This document shows, in pieces, positions 1 to 8,176 of a DNA stretch of 10,683 nt (within the stretch, counting starts at the first letter, position 1; each line of letters starts with the position of its first letter). Position numbers and translations under genes: made by a program. Origin of the DNA: Nitrospinota bacterium (lineage in GTDB: Bacteria; UBA8248); assembly GCA_046581755.1 (NCBI GenBank), contig JAYGFR010000248.1, positions 1 through 10,683 on the forward strand, in the 5' to 3' direction. The notes below the pieces were generated by a model, which saw only the letters and a list, made by a program, of their open reading frames with translations, had not been told where the DNA came from and searched no databases.

Positions 1-1
1 G

Positions 2-698
2 TCTCCATCGACGGTCAATCGATATCTTGAGTACGCTTCTTCGTTTTTCACATTTTGCCGAAAGGCTCGTCTCATCAAAGTCAATCCATGCGACGATGTG
101 GACCAGCTCCGCGTTACCTCCAAAAAGGAGCGATTTGTTGACAACGAAGAAGAGGCAAAGCTCCTGGACGCCGCCGAACCCTGGTTTCAACCTTGGATTA
201 TTTTCGCGATTGAGATGGGTTGCCGAAAAGGCGAGATGGTCAAGCTAGAATGGAGCGACATTAACCTTCGCCGGGGAAGACACGGATATGTCACCTTCCG
301 AGACTCTAAGAATGACACTACCACCGCTATTCCGATGTCAGAAAGAGCCGCTAAGGCCCTCAAGATGATCCCCAGAAGGCCCGATCACTCGCATCCGTTT
401 TCTGGCCCCGACGGAAATACCTTTAAGAACGATTCTGAGCGCGGCTATGACGATTGGCCGCTCCAGAAGGCCCTCAGGGTCTGCCATCAAGATATCGGGG
501 CTTGTGAGGCTTCGTTTTCACGATTTTAGACACACCTTCGCAACCCGCCACGCCATGAAAAGAACTGACATCGCAACGCTTCAAACCCTCGGGCGGTGGA
601 AGACGCTCGAAATGGTGAGGAAGTACCAACACCTTCAGCCAGACCAGCTTGAAGCTGCGATGGAGGCTCCCTACATCGAAATAAAGGCCATAAAATGA
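2..698 (+). pseudogene. Tyrosine recombinase/integrase, 5'-truncated by the window edge, with a +1 frameshift near 476-480 (pseudogene or sequencing error)
   Basis: The frame is open from base 2 and reads SPSTVNRYLEYASSFFTFCRKARLIKVNPCDDV (core-binding-domain-like), then box I GCRKGE (catalytic Arg) and DSKN (Lys). Box II HDFRHTFAT, LGRW and the nucleophile in MVRKYQH are in the next frame, ending at TGA 696-698. Removing one G from CTC AGG G TCT (473-482) joins LQKALR to SAIKISG. Confidence 0.9.
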
Positions 699-705
699 TC
701 AGGAA

Positions 706-728
706 GGGTAGCAAAAGGGGTAGCAAAA
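706..728 (+). repeat. Tandem 11-bp direct repeat GGGTAGCAAAA x2, putative integrase arm-type binding sites
   Basis: Exact copies at 706-716 and 718-728 (12-bp period), directly after the integrase stop and within 90 bp of the tRNA 3' end. Confidence 0.6.
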
Positions 729-750
729 AGGGATCCGGATTATTCGGATC
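725..750 (-). terminator. Possible intrinsic terminator downstream of tRNA-Glu
   Basis: Minus strand reads GATCCG-AATAATC-CGGATC followed by CCTTTTT. The stem is short, so the call is weak. Confidence 0.4.
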
Positions 751-790
751 GCCCGAACCCATTGAAATCAAATGGAAAAACTAAAAAAAA

Positions 791-868
791 TGGCGACCCC
801 AGCGGGATTTGAACCCGCGTTGCCGGCTTGAAAGGCCGGTGTCCTGGGCCAAGCTGGACGATGGGGTC
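791..868 (-). tRNA. tRNA-Glu (anticodon UUC), CCA encoded
   Basis: Reverse complement is GACCCCATCGTCCAGCTTGGCCCAGGACACCGGCCTTTCAAGCCGGCAACGCGGGTTCAAATCCCGCTGGGGTCGCCA: acceptor stem GACCCCA/TGGGGTC, anticodon arm CCGGC-CTTTCAA-GCCGG, T arm GCGGG-TTCAAAT-CCCGC, 3' GCCA. Confidence 0.97.
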
Positions 869-923
869 GGACATTCATTCTAGGTCGGATGGCGCGCCGG
901 GACCCAGGTCCCAGAACTCAGTT

Positions 924-952
924 CCTATACCGCTTTTTCGGGGCATCGTCCA
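924..952 (-). promoter_or_regulatory. Possible sigma70 promoter for tRNA-Glu
   Basis: Minus strand TGGACG-17 bp-TATAGG about 55 bp upstream of the tRNA. Both hexamers match consensus at only 4/6. Confidence 0.3.
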
Positions 953-1039
953 CCGGCGGCCAGGGGCGCGGGGCCAGGGCGCCTCCCGGGGAACCGCCCG
1001 TCCGGAGGGAGGCCCCGCCGCCCAATCCAATACCACCGC

Positions 1040-1933
1040 TCAAAAACGCAGGTTGACCAGAATGGCCCCCGAAACGGTGAGGACCGCCCCGGCCGGCACG
1101 CGCCAGGTGATGCTTTCGGCCTTGCGAAGGAGGATGAGGGCGAGAAGAACCGTCAGGAGCGGAGATATCTGGATAAGAGAAACCATCCGGAAAACCTCCC
1201 CCGACCGAAGGGCGCTCGCGTAGAAAAAATTTCCAATCGCCCCCACAATCCCTCCCAGCATGAAAGGCCTCCAGGCGGCCTTCACCCCTCCCAGAATTTG
1301 TTCGCGCTTAAATAAAACAGAATAAAGGGCCACCGTGAGCAGCGCCGCTGTCATGCCAACCAACGCTCCCGCGAGAGGGTGGGGGAAGGCGGGAAGGCCC
1401 TTTCGCCAGAAAATCGCCCCCGTTCCGGCGAACACCGCGGCGGCGAGGGGCCAGAGGGCGTGGATGCGCCGCCACCGGCCCCCGGTTTTTCCGGATGAAA
1501 TTACCGCGACCCCCAAGACAACCAGAACGACGCCCGCCAGCTGACCCGGGGCTGGCCGCTCGCCGAGAAACAGGATGGCCAAAAATGCGGCGATGAGCGG
1601 GGATGACCCCTTGATGGGGGCGGCCCGCGAGACGCCGATTTTCGAGATCCCGAACATGAAGAAAACGGCGAACAGGCCGGGATTGAACACCCCGGCCAGA
1701 AGCAGCCAGAGATAGTGCGTCCCCCAGGGAGGGAACTGCGCCCCTGTTATCCAGATCAGGGCGGCAAGAGTCGAGACCGAAAAGACTCGCCCGATGGTGG
1801 AGCCGATTATGGGGGTGGTATGTTGAAGCCCGTAGCGTACCGCCATATCGGCGAAGGCATACGAGACCGCCGCCCCGAGGGCGAACAGCGCCGCCGCGTC
1901 AATCACCATTCCGTAGGCCTCCGCCCAATCCAC
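1040..1933 (-). CDS. EamA/DMT-family drug/metabolite transporter
   Basis: 297 aa with about 10 hydrophobic segments in two repeats carrying EamA-type motifs (GVSRAAPI..SSPLIAAFLAILFLGER; SLIQISPLLTVLLALILL..AESIT..V.AGAVLTVSG). GTG start; exact start uncertain. Confidence 0.9.
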   Translation of the reverse strand: MDWAEAYGMVIDAAALFALGAAVSYAFADMAVRYGLQHTTPIIGSTIGRVFSVSTLAALIWITGAQFPPWGTHYLWLLLAGVFNPGLFAVFFMFGISKIGVSRAAPIKGSSPLIAAFLAILFLGERPAPGQLAGVVLVVLGVAVISSGKTGGRWRRIHALWPLAAAVFAGTGAIFWRKGLPAFPHPLAGALVGMTAALLTVALYSVLFKREQILGGVKAAWRPFMLGGIVGAIGNFFYASALRSGEVFRMVSLIQISPLLTVLLALILLRKAESITWRVPAGAVLTVSGAILVNLRF

Positions 1934-1954
1934 GCAGTGCGCGGGCCTGAATTT

Positions 1955-2722
1955 TCAGGCAAAAGAGATGGCCGCGCTTTCCTTCAGGCGGCGGTTCCGA
2001 TCCTTGCGAATATCCGGGTCCCGGATGTTTTCCCGAATAAAATCATCCAGCGGTTTTTTCTTGTCGAGCAGATCGCGGACGCACTCTTGTACCTGCGCCT
2101 GGGTCATTTCCGGAAACTTCCGGCCCTCGGCGGCGATCTCGGACAGCGCCACGCATCCGCCACCGATGCGCATCCCCTCATGCCTCGACCGGTGGGCACG
2201 GACCCCGCCGGACGCCCGGCCCGCCTCCAGCGTCAGGAGACGCGCGTCGAGAGGGACCAGATCGTAGTTCACCCCTTCCGCCTCGGAAACGTTCATGGCC
2301 CCAAGCTGGGCTTCGTCCAGGAACGTCACGAACAGATTCACCCTGACGCCCTCCGAGGGCGCAAGCGTCGCGGGCAGCGACCCGTAGGAGGTGAAATTCG
2401 CCGAGTAAACGGCATCGAAATCGCGGAGCACCGCCTGGATGACCGGGATCTCGCCCGAGAGGCCGTAGTTCAGGCATTTTCTCTTCAACTGCTCCGGCGA
2501 TGCGTTCGACCCGCAGGCGGCGACCGCCGTCCGGCCGGACAGAAGCTCGGATAAGTCCAGGCCCCTTTTCAGCAAAAACCCGTCGAGGGGCGTTTCGCCG
2601 GAGGCGGTGAATACATAGGAAAAATCCGGAATACGGTAGGGATACCCCTTCGCCCGTTCGATTTCCTCATCTTCCGGCGGGCCCTGGCCCAAATGGGCCG
2701 CCGGCGGCGGCGAATCGTTCAA
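1955..2722 (-). CDS. Conserved hypothetical protein, probable gamma-glutamylcyclotransferase (GGCT)-like fold
   Basis: RTAVAACGSNASPEQL resembles the GGCT YGSN loop, and LDEAQLGAMNVSEAEGVNY resembles the L..LD..EG...Y segment. The TTG start overlaps the upstream stop (TTGA at 2719-2722), consistent with translational coupling. Confidence 0.65.
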   Translation of the reverse strand: MNDSPPPAAHLGQGPPEDEEIERAKGYPYRIPDFSYVFTASGETPLDGFLLKRGLDLSELLSGRTAVAACGSNASPEQLKRKCLNYGLSGEIPVIQAVLRDFDAVYSANFTSYGSLPATLAPSEGVRVNLFVTFLDEAQLGAMNVSEAEGVNYDLVPLDARLLTLEAGRASGGVRAHRSRHEGMRIGGGCVALSEIAAEGRKFPEMTQAQVQECVRDLLDKKKPLDDFIRENIRDPDIRKDRNRRLKESAAISFA

Positions 2723-3924
2723 TTGGCGTAGGGCTCCGGATTCGCCAGAAACTCCCGTACGGCCTGGACGAAGATCGAGACCCCGAGCTGGAGGACGTCC
2801 TCGTCCACGTCGAAATTGTTGCTGTGAAGGCCGTAGACAATGCCGGCCTTCTCGTTGCGGATGCCCAGCCGGAACATGGCCGCCGGCCGCTGCTTGGCCA
2901 TGAAGGCGAAATCCTCCGAACCCAGGCTGAGCGGCGCGGGCAAGACGTTCCCCTCACCCAGGATTTCCCCCCCGGCTTTTTCGATGAGGGCCGTCGCGCC
3001 CCCGTGGTTCATGAGCACAGGATAGCCCTCCTGAAGGTCCACCTCGGCCTCGACGCCGAAGGCCGAGGCGATCCCCCGGATGGTGTCGGCCACGCGGGTC
3101 TTGACCATCTCGCGCACCTCGGGGTGGATCGTGCGGATGGTTCCGCTGAGGCGGACCTCCTCGGGGACGATGTTGATGGCGACGCCCGCCTCCATCTGCG
3201 TGACGGAGACGACGGCCGAATCGAAAGGATTTACGTTCCGGGCCACGATGCTCTGGAGAGCGGTGATGATATGCCCGGCTGCGAGGATCGGGTCGCGCGA
3301 ATTATGGGGATAAGCGGCGTGGGAGCTCACCCCCCGGAGGGTGACGAAGAACTTATCGCCCGATCCCATCGTCGGGCCGGTGTGGGTGCCGATGGTGCCC
3401 GAGGCCATCGCCGGATAGACGTGCCCGGCGATGACCAGATCGACGCGGGGATCGTCGAGCGCGCCCTCCTCGACCATCAGGCGCCCGCCCGCGCGGCCCT
3501 CCTCGCCGGGCTGGAAGAGGAACTTCACCCGGCCCCCGGCGCCCTCGAGAAGGGCGGGATTTTCTGCGAGTACCCGCGCCGCGCCCAGGAGCATCGTCGT
3601 GTGCGCGTCGTGGCCGCAGGCGTGCATCACTCCCACCCTGCGGCTCTTGTAGGGAGTCTCGCGCACTTCCTGGATCGGCAGCGCGTCCATATCGGCGCGG
3701 ATTCCGAGCGTCGGACCCGGGCGCCCGGTGTCGAGCAGGCCGATCACGCCCGTCCGGGCGACGCCGGTCTTCACCGCGATACCCCACTCGGCGAGCGATT
3801 CGGCCACAAGGCCCGAGGTCTCGACCTCCTCGAAGGCCATCTCCGGGTTCATGTGAATCCTTCGGCGGGTCTCCACCAGCCAGGGCTGGATCTTCTCCGC
3901 CGCCGTGCGTACCGGATGCGCCAT
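2719..3924 (-). CDS. M20D-family (Acy1-like) metal-dependent amidohydrolase
   Basis: 401 aa with motifs RRRIHMNPE, RADMDALPI, MHACGHDAH, FQPGEEG, SEDFAF and LHSNNF; GGGAG RBS before the ATG. Confidence 0.95.
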   Translation of the reverse strand: MAHPVRTAAEKIQPWLVETRRRIHMNPEMAFEEVETSGLVAESLAEWGIAVKTGVARTGVIGLLDTGRPGPTLGIRADMDALPIQEVRETPYKSRRVGVMHACGHDAHTTMLLGAARVLAENPALLEGAGGRVKFLFQPGEEGRAGGRLMVEEGALDDPRVDLVIAGHVYPAMASGTIGTHTGPTMGSGDKFFVTLRGVSSHAAYPHNSRDPILAAGHIITALQSIVARNVNPFDSAVVSVTQMEAGVAINIVPEEVRLSGTIRTIHPEVREMVKTRVADTIRGIASAFGVEAEVDLQEGYPVLMNHGGATALIEKAGGEILGEGNVLPAPLSLGSEDFAFMAKQRPAAMFRLGIRNEKAGIVYGLHSNNFDVDEDVLQLGVSIFVQAVREFLANPEPYAN

Positions 3925-3968
3925 TACGCATCTCCCAAAAAAAGCGGCGCGCGCCCATCGTGCGTCGC

Positions 3969-4017
3969 GCGGATGATACCCGCGGATTATACCCAGAGTC
4001 GCGGCTTGATCATCCGC
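3969..4017. repeat. 13-bp tandem repeat plus 9-bp inverted repeat containing a minus-strand TATAAT; probable internal promoter/operator
   Basis: GCGGATGATACCC (3969-3981) and GCGGATTATACCC (3982-3994); ATCATCCGC (4009-4017) is the reverse complement of GCGGATGAT (3969-3977). Confidence 0.5.
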
Positions 4018-4036
4018 CGGGCGGCCCGCCCCGGGG

Positions 4037-5713
4037 TCAAAAATCCTCCGGCCCGAAGCCTGGCATCTCCCTCAGCGCGGCCTTGATCTCCTCGCGCTTG
4101 ACCTTGAGCGTCGTCGTCTGGGGTAGCTCTCCGCCGGGCCATACGAAAAAATCCGAGACGCGCTTGTAGTCGGCCAGCCGGGAGGAGAGGCGGGCGATTT
4201 CGCCCCGAATGGCCTGGCGCCGCTCCTCTTCCGGGTCCGGAAGCTCCGCCTCGGGATGGAGCACGAGGACGGCGAACACCTCCTCTCCCCCGCGCGGGTT
4301 TTTTTTGCCGATAACGCAGGCCGCGCTGAAAAGAGGGCTCGCGGCCAGCTCCTCCTCCACCTCCTCGGGGTAGATGTTTTTTCCCGATTCGGCGACGATC
4401 ACGTTCTTCGAGCGCCCACAGATGGTCAGGTAGCCGTCCCCGTCCACGCGGCCGATATCGCCCGTATGAAACCAGCCCTCGCGCAGGACCTGGGCCGTGA
4501 GCCCGGGGTTTCCGAAATACCCCTTCATCACGTTCGGCCCGCGGATCAGGATCTCTCCCTCCCCCGGATTCCCCCCCTCAGCCGGGGAGAGCCGCACCTC
4601 GACGCCGGGGAGGGGCGGACCCACCGTTCCGATCCGGTTCCCGCCGCCGGGCCGGTTCGCGTGGGTAACGGGCGAGGTCTCGGTCAGCCCGTAGCCCTGG
4701 ATAATCTCGATCCCGAGGGCAAGCATGTCCCGGCCGATGACGGGATCGAGCGCCGCCCCGCCGCTGAAGAAAAACCGGAGCCGGGGGCCCAGCCTTTGTT
4801 TCACCTGCGGAAAAACCAGCCCGCCGATCCGGATACCGGCGCCCAGGGCCGCCTTCGAGAGGGCGAAAAGGACCTGGAACGCCGTCTTTTGCAAAAAGCC
4901 CCCGCCCAGGGCTGCGCTCATGATCCGCCGGTGCATCAGGCGGGCCATCGCTGGCACCATGATGCAGACCGTGACGCCCTCGCGCCGCATCGACTCGCTT
5001 ATTACGCGCGGGTTGAGCGAGGCCAGATAGTGCACCTTGGCCCCGGCGATGAGGGGCAAGAGGAGGCCGGCCGTGCTCTCGAACATATGATGCAGCGGAA
5101 GGATGGACAAAAAGACATCCTCCTCCCCGCTGAGGAACAACGATGCCGCCGCCTGCGCGTTCGAGGCGATGTTCCCGTGGGTGAGCATGACGCCCTTGGG
5201 CACCCCCGTCGTGCCGGAGGAAAACGAGATCAACGCCAGATCGTCCGGCCCCCGCTCCGCACCCGGCCACCGCGACAGGGGAAGCGCCTCGGTCTCGGCC
5301 GCCTCATCGATCCGAAAGTGCGGGATCGACCCCGGGAGCCCTTCCGCCAGCGCCCGCGCATCTTCCTCCCTGGAGACATCCGTCAACAGAGCGGCCACCT
5401 TCGAGCGCTCAAGAATGTTCGCCCATTCGCCCTGCTTTAAATTCACGTCGAGCGGAACGAGCACCCCGCCCGCGAGGAGCACGGCAAAATAGCCCACCGC
5501 CCACTCGGCCCGGTTGGGCGAGAGGAGGGCGGCGGAATCGCCCGGCCCCAGGCCCGCCTCGATGAGTCGCCCGGCGAGCGCGGCCGCCCGCCGGAGAAGA
5601 TCGGTCCGGGAAAGACAGACCCGCCCGCCGCCTTCGCCCTCTCCCTCCAGGGCCGGAGCGTCCGGAAACTCCGCGGCGGCGCTCTCGATAAGGTGGACAA
5701 GGGTTTCCGTCAT
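4037..5713 (-). CDS. AMP-dependent synthetase/ligase, long-chain fatty-acid-CoA ligase-like (ANL superfamily)
   Basis: P-loop FSSGTTGVPKG, QGYGLTETSP, GWFHTGDIG, GRSKNVIVAESGKNIYPEEVE and C-terminal TTTLKVKR. Start moved from 5797 to ATG 5713 (MTETLV..., 558 aa), 4 bp after the phnE-like stop. Confidence 0.93.
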   Translation of the reverse strand: MTETLVHLIESAAAEFPDAPALEGEGEGGGRVCLSRTDLLRRAAALAGRLIEAGLGPGDSAALLSPNRAEWAVGYFAVLLAGGVLVPLDVNLKQGEWANILERSKVAALLTDVSREEDARALAEGLPGSIPHFRIDEAAETEALPLSRWPGAERGPDDLALISFSSGTTGVPKGVMLTHGNIASNAQAAASLFLSGEEDVFLSILPLHHMFESTAGLLLPLIAGAKVHYLASLNPRVISESMRREGVTVCIMVPAMARLMHRRIMSAALGGGFLQKTAFQVLFALSKAALGAGIRIGGLVFPQVKQRLGPRLRFFFSGGAALDPVIGRDMLALGIEIIQGYGLTETSPVTHANRPGGGNRIGTVGPPLPGVEVRLSPAEGGNPGEGEILIRGPNVMKGYFGNPGLTAQVLREGWFHTGDIGRVDGDGYLTICGRSKNVIVAESGKNIYPEEVEEELAASPLFSAACVIGKKNPRGGEEVFAVLVLHPEAELPDPEEERRQAIRGEIARLSSRLADYKRVSDFFVWPGGELPQTTTLKVKREEIKAALREMPGFGPEDF

Positions 5714-5717
5714 GGCG

Positions 5718-6509
5718 CTAGAGAAGGCGTTTCCGAACCTGCCAGCTAACGAACTCGCCGGCGAAGACCAGCAGGACGATCGCCAGGCAAAGCACACCGG
5801 TTTTTTCCCACTGAAACTGCTTGACGTAGAGAAAGACGTAGAAGCCGAGCCCCCCCGCGCCGACGAGGCCGAGGATGGTCGAATCGCGAAGGTTCATCTC
5901 GAAGCGGATGGCCAGGTGGGCCACCATCTGGGGAAGAACCTGGGGGATGAGGCCGTGCTGAATTATTTGAATCGGAGAGGCCCCGGTGCCCTGAAGGGCC
6001 TGAAGGGGGCGCGGGTCGGTGGATTCGATCTCCTCGGCGACGAAGCGGCCCAGCACTCCCACCGAGTGGACCGTGATCGCCAGGACGCCCGGAAAGGGCC
6101 CCAGGCCCACGGCGGAGACGAAAAGCAGGGCGAGAATCAGAAGCGGAATCGAGCGGATAAAAGCCATCGCGGCCTTGACCGGCAGATGAACCCAGGCGGG
6201 CGTCCAGTTCGATGCGGCCAGTACGCCCAGCGGATAGGCGATAAGCCCGCCGAGGAAGGTTCCGGTGATGGTGGTCTGGAGCGTTTCGATCGAGGCCCGC
6301 CAGAGAACGTCCCAGACTGACCAGTCGGGGGGGAGCATCCGCCCGAAAAAGCGGACGATCTGGGGGATGCCCCGGAATAACTCGCGGCCGGAAAATTCAG
6401 AGCCCTGGAAAGACCAAAAGATGATTCCGCTAACTGCTAGGAACAGGGTGACCCTGAACCCCCTGTTGCCAGGCCATGTGGAATCCGCTTGCCCTTTCCA
6501 GTCGATCAT
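5718..6509 (-). CDS. phnE: PhnE/PtxC-family ABC transporter permease
   Basis: Motifs RMLPPDW, ETLQTTITGT, RSIPLLILALLFVSAVGLGPFPGVLA, EAA loop LQGTGAS, RFEMNLRDSTILGLVGAGGLG. Start placed at ATG 6509 behind GGAGAAGAGA (263 aa), not at 6755. Confidence 0.9.
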   Translation of the reverse strand: MIDWKGQADSTWPGNRGFRVTLFLAVSGIIFWSFQGSEFSGRELFRGIPQIVRFFGRMLPPDWSVWDVLWRASIETLQTTITGTFLGGLIAYPLGVLAASNWTPAWVHLPVKAAMAFIRSIPLLILALLFVSAVGLGPFPGVLAITVHSVGVLGRFVAEEIESTDPRPLQALQGTGASPIQIIQHGLIPQVLPQMVAHLAIRFEMNLRDSTILGLVGAGGLGFYVFLYVKQFQWEKTGVLCLAIVLLVFAGEFVSWQVRKRLL

Positions 6510-7275
6510 TCTCTTCTCCGCGATGATTGTCCCTGCCGTAAATCTCTTGGATTCTCTCCCCGGAAAGCTCTTCAGGCAAGCCCTCCCAGATAATTCGGCC
6601 TCCCTCCATAGCGATGATGCGGTCGGCGTAGCGGCGCGCCAGCTCGGGAAGGTGGAGGCTGACCAGAAGCGTGAGGCGGTAGGCATCGCAAATCGAAACG
6701 AGCAGGTCGAGAATGTCCTCCGCGAGGGCGGGGTCCAGGCTCGACACCGGCTCATCGGCGAGGAATATCGTCGGCTCCTGGGCCAGCGTGCGCGCGATGG
6801 CCACCCGCTGCTGCTCTCCGCCCGAAAGGGTGCGCGCCGAGCGGAGAAGCATTTCCTCCAGGCGGACCTCCTTGATGGCCTGGGTGCAGATTTGCAAGTC
6901 GGCGCCTGTGAAGCGGGTGAAAAGACTGTTCAGGAACGGCAGGTAGCCTAGGCGGCCGTGATAGACGTTTTGCCAGACGCTCTCGCGGCCGATCAGGTCG
7001 AAGTGTTGGTGAATCATCCCGATCTGGCGGTGGTAGACCCGCATGCGCCGCCGGTCGCCGAGGGGAACCGGGGCGCCCAGCACTTCCACCTCCCCCCGCG
7101 AGGGAATGACGTAGCCCTTGAGCATTCGCATTAGGGTCGTCTTTCCCGAGCCGCTGTTGCCGATGAAGGCGACGCGCTCGCCGCGCGCGATGGAGAGGCG
7201 ATCGATCGAGAGAATATCCCTGCCTCCGGTAGTGACGGCTACATCTTTCAGACGGATGATCACTTCGGGAGACAT
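6430..7275 (-). CDS. phnC: PhnC/PtxA-family ABC transporter ATPase
   Basis: Walker A GNSGSGKT, Q-loop IGMIHQHFDL, NVYHGRLG, signature LSGGEQQRVAIAR, Walker B/D-loop FLADEPVSSLDP, H-loop SLH, and IQEIYG near the usual family C-terminus. Confidence 0.92.
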   Translation of the reverse strand: MSPEVIIRLKDVAVTTGGRDILSIDRLSIARGERVAFIGNSGSGKTTLMRMLKGYVIPSRGEVEVLGAPVPLGDRRRMRVYHRQIGMIHQHFDLIGRESVWQNVYHGRLGYLPFLNSLFTRFTGADLQICTQAIKEVRLEEMLLRSARTLSGGEQQRVAIARTLAQEPTIFLADEPVSSLDPALAEDILDLLVSICDAYRLTLLVSLHLPELARRYADRIIAMEGGRIIWEGLPEELSGERIQEIYGRDNHRGEENDRLERASGFHMAWQQGVQGHPVPSS

Positions 7276-7278
7276 TTT

Positions 7279-8163
7279 CTATTTCCTCAAAAAACCGTAC
7301 CTGCGGGCCATATCGGCCACCGATTTATAGTCGGCGTTCACCACCTTGACGTAGCCATCCGTTCCGTACAGAAGGCCGAGGTACTTGCGGTTGGGGGGCT
7401 CGTTCAGCTTGAGCATGGCGGCGATGAAGCGGGCCCGCGTCTTCGAGTCCAGCCCCTTGCGCGCGACCACATTATGGCTCGGGATGCGCTCCGAGACGGC
7501 GATGGCGGTCAGGGCGCCGCGATCTTTCTGGGGGATCAGGTTGAGGGAAAATTCGCTCACCCCGGCAGCGTCCACAAACCGCCCGAGCACCGAGCGGATC
7601 GTCTGCTCGTCTCCACCCGCGAAATAAACGCGGCGAAAAAACCCGCCCTCCGGGTCTTCGAGGCCGCCCTTGGCGAGACCCTTCCGCACGAAGATGTCGT
7701 GCGGATACATGAAGCCCGAACTCGATATCGGGTCCACATAGGCGATGGTCTTGCCCTTGAGGTCCTCGAGCTTCTTGATGCCGCTGTCTTTTCGAACGAA
7801 TATTTTCGCCTGGTAGTAGTTTTTTCCCCGGTAGATCTCACCGAGAATGGCTTCGGCCCCCGTTCGGTGGTGAGCGAGCACGTAGGGCAGCGGCGGCATG
7901 AAGCTGATGTCCGCCTTGCCCGAGGCCATCGCCTCGACCGCAGCGGAGTAGTTGAGGGTGATGAAATAGCGGATCTTCCGGCCCATCTCTTTTTCGAGGA
8001 ACTTCATCGCCGGCCGCACGCCGTCGATGAGTCGTTCAGGATTGGCGATCGGAACCAGGGCGATCCGAAGCGGAGCGGCCCCGTTCGCCGAGGGCGCACT
8101 AGCGATCCATATGGGCAATAAAGCGCCCAAGAAAACACAGAAACACCGGGTCAGCCGTGACAT
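7279..8163 (-). CDS. phnD: PhnD/PtxB-family periplasmic substrate-binding protein
   Basis: Signal peptide, NYSAAVEAM, PLPYVLA, YYQAKIFVRKDSGI..LEDLKGKTIAYVDPISSSGFMYP, FAGGDEQ, IPSHNVVARK; adjacent to phnC- and phnE-like genes. Substrate is not established. Confidence 0.9.
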   Translation of the reverse strand: MSRLTRCFCVFLGALLPIWIASAPSANGAAPLRIALVPIANPERLIDGVRPAMKFLEKEMGRKIRYFITLNYSAAVEAMASGKADISFMPPLPYVLAHHRTGAEAILGEIYRGKNYYQAKIFVRKDSGIKKLEDLKGKTIAYVDPISSSGFMYPHDIFVRKGLAKGGLEDPEGGFFRRVYFAGGDEQTIRSVLGRFVDAAGVSEFSLNLIPQKDRGALTAIAVSERIPSHNVVARKGLDSKTRARFIAAMLKLNEPPNRKYLGLLYGTDGYVKVVNADYKSVADMARRYGFLRK

Positions 8164-8176
8164 TGAATTTTCCCTT

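Larger units (their letters stand above)
1..790. mobile_element. Right end of an integrative element (prophage, ICE or genomic island) inserted at the 3' end of tRNA-Glu
   Basis: The integrase ends 92 bp from the tRNA CCA end; GC is visibly lower in 1-790 than in the rest of the window; tandem repeats lie between integrase and tRNA. The other att site is outside the window. Confidence 0.75.

Noticed and set aside
526..1223. ORFs 526-771 (-) and 828-1223 (+)
   Set aside because: They overlap the integrase, att region, tRNA or EamA gene on the opposite strand and have no protein-like features.
5714..6755. ORF-track starts at 5797 (ligase) and 6755 (permease)
   Set aside because: The extensions overlap upstream genes and look non-coding; ATG 5713 and ATG 6509 fit family lengths and operon spacing.
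5718..8163. Calling the transporter a phosphite (ptxABC) or C-P lyase-linked phosphonate system
   Set aside because: No ptxD, htxA or phnG-M in the window, and the binding-pocket residues differ from both PtxB and PhnD.
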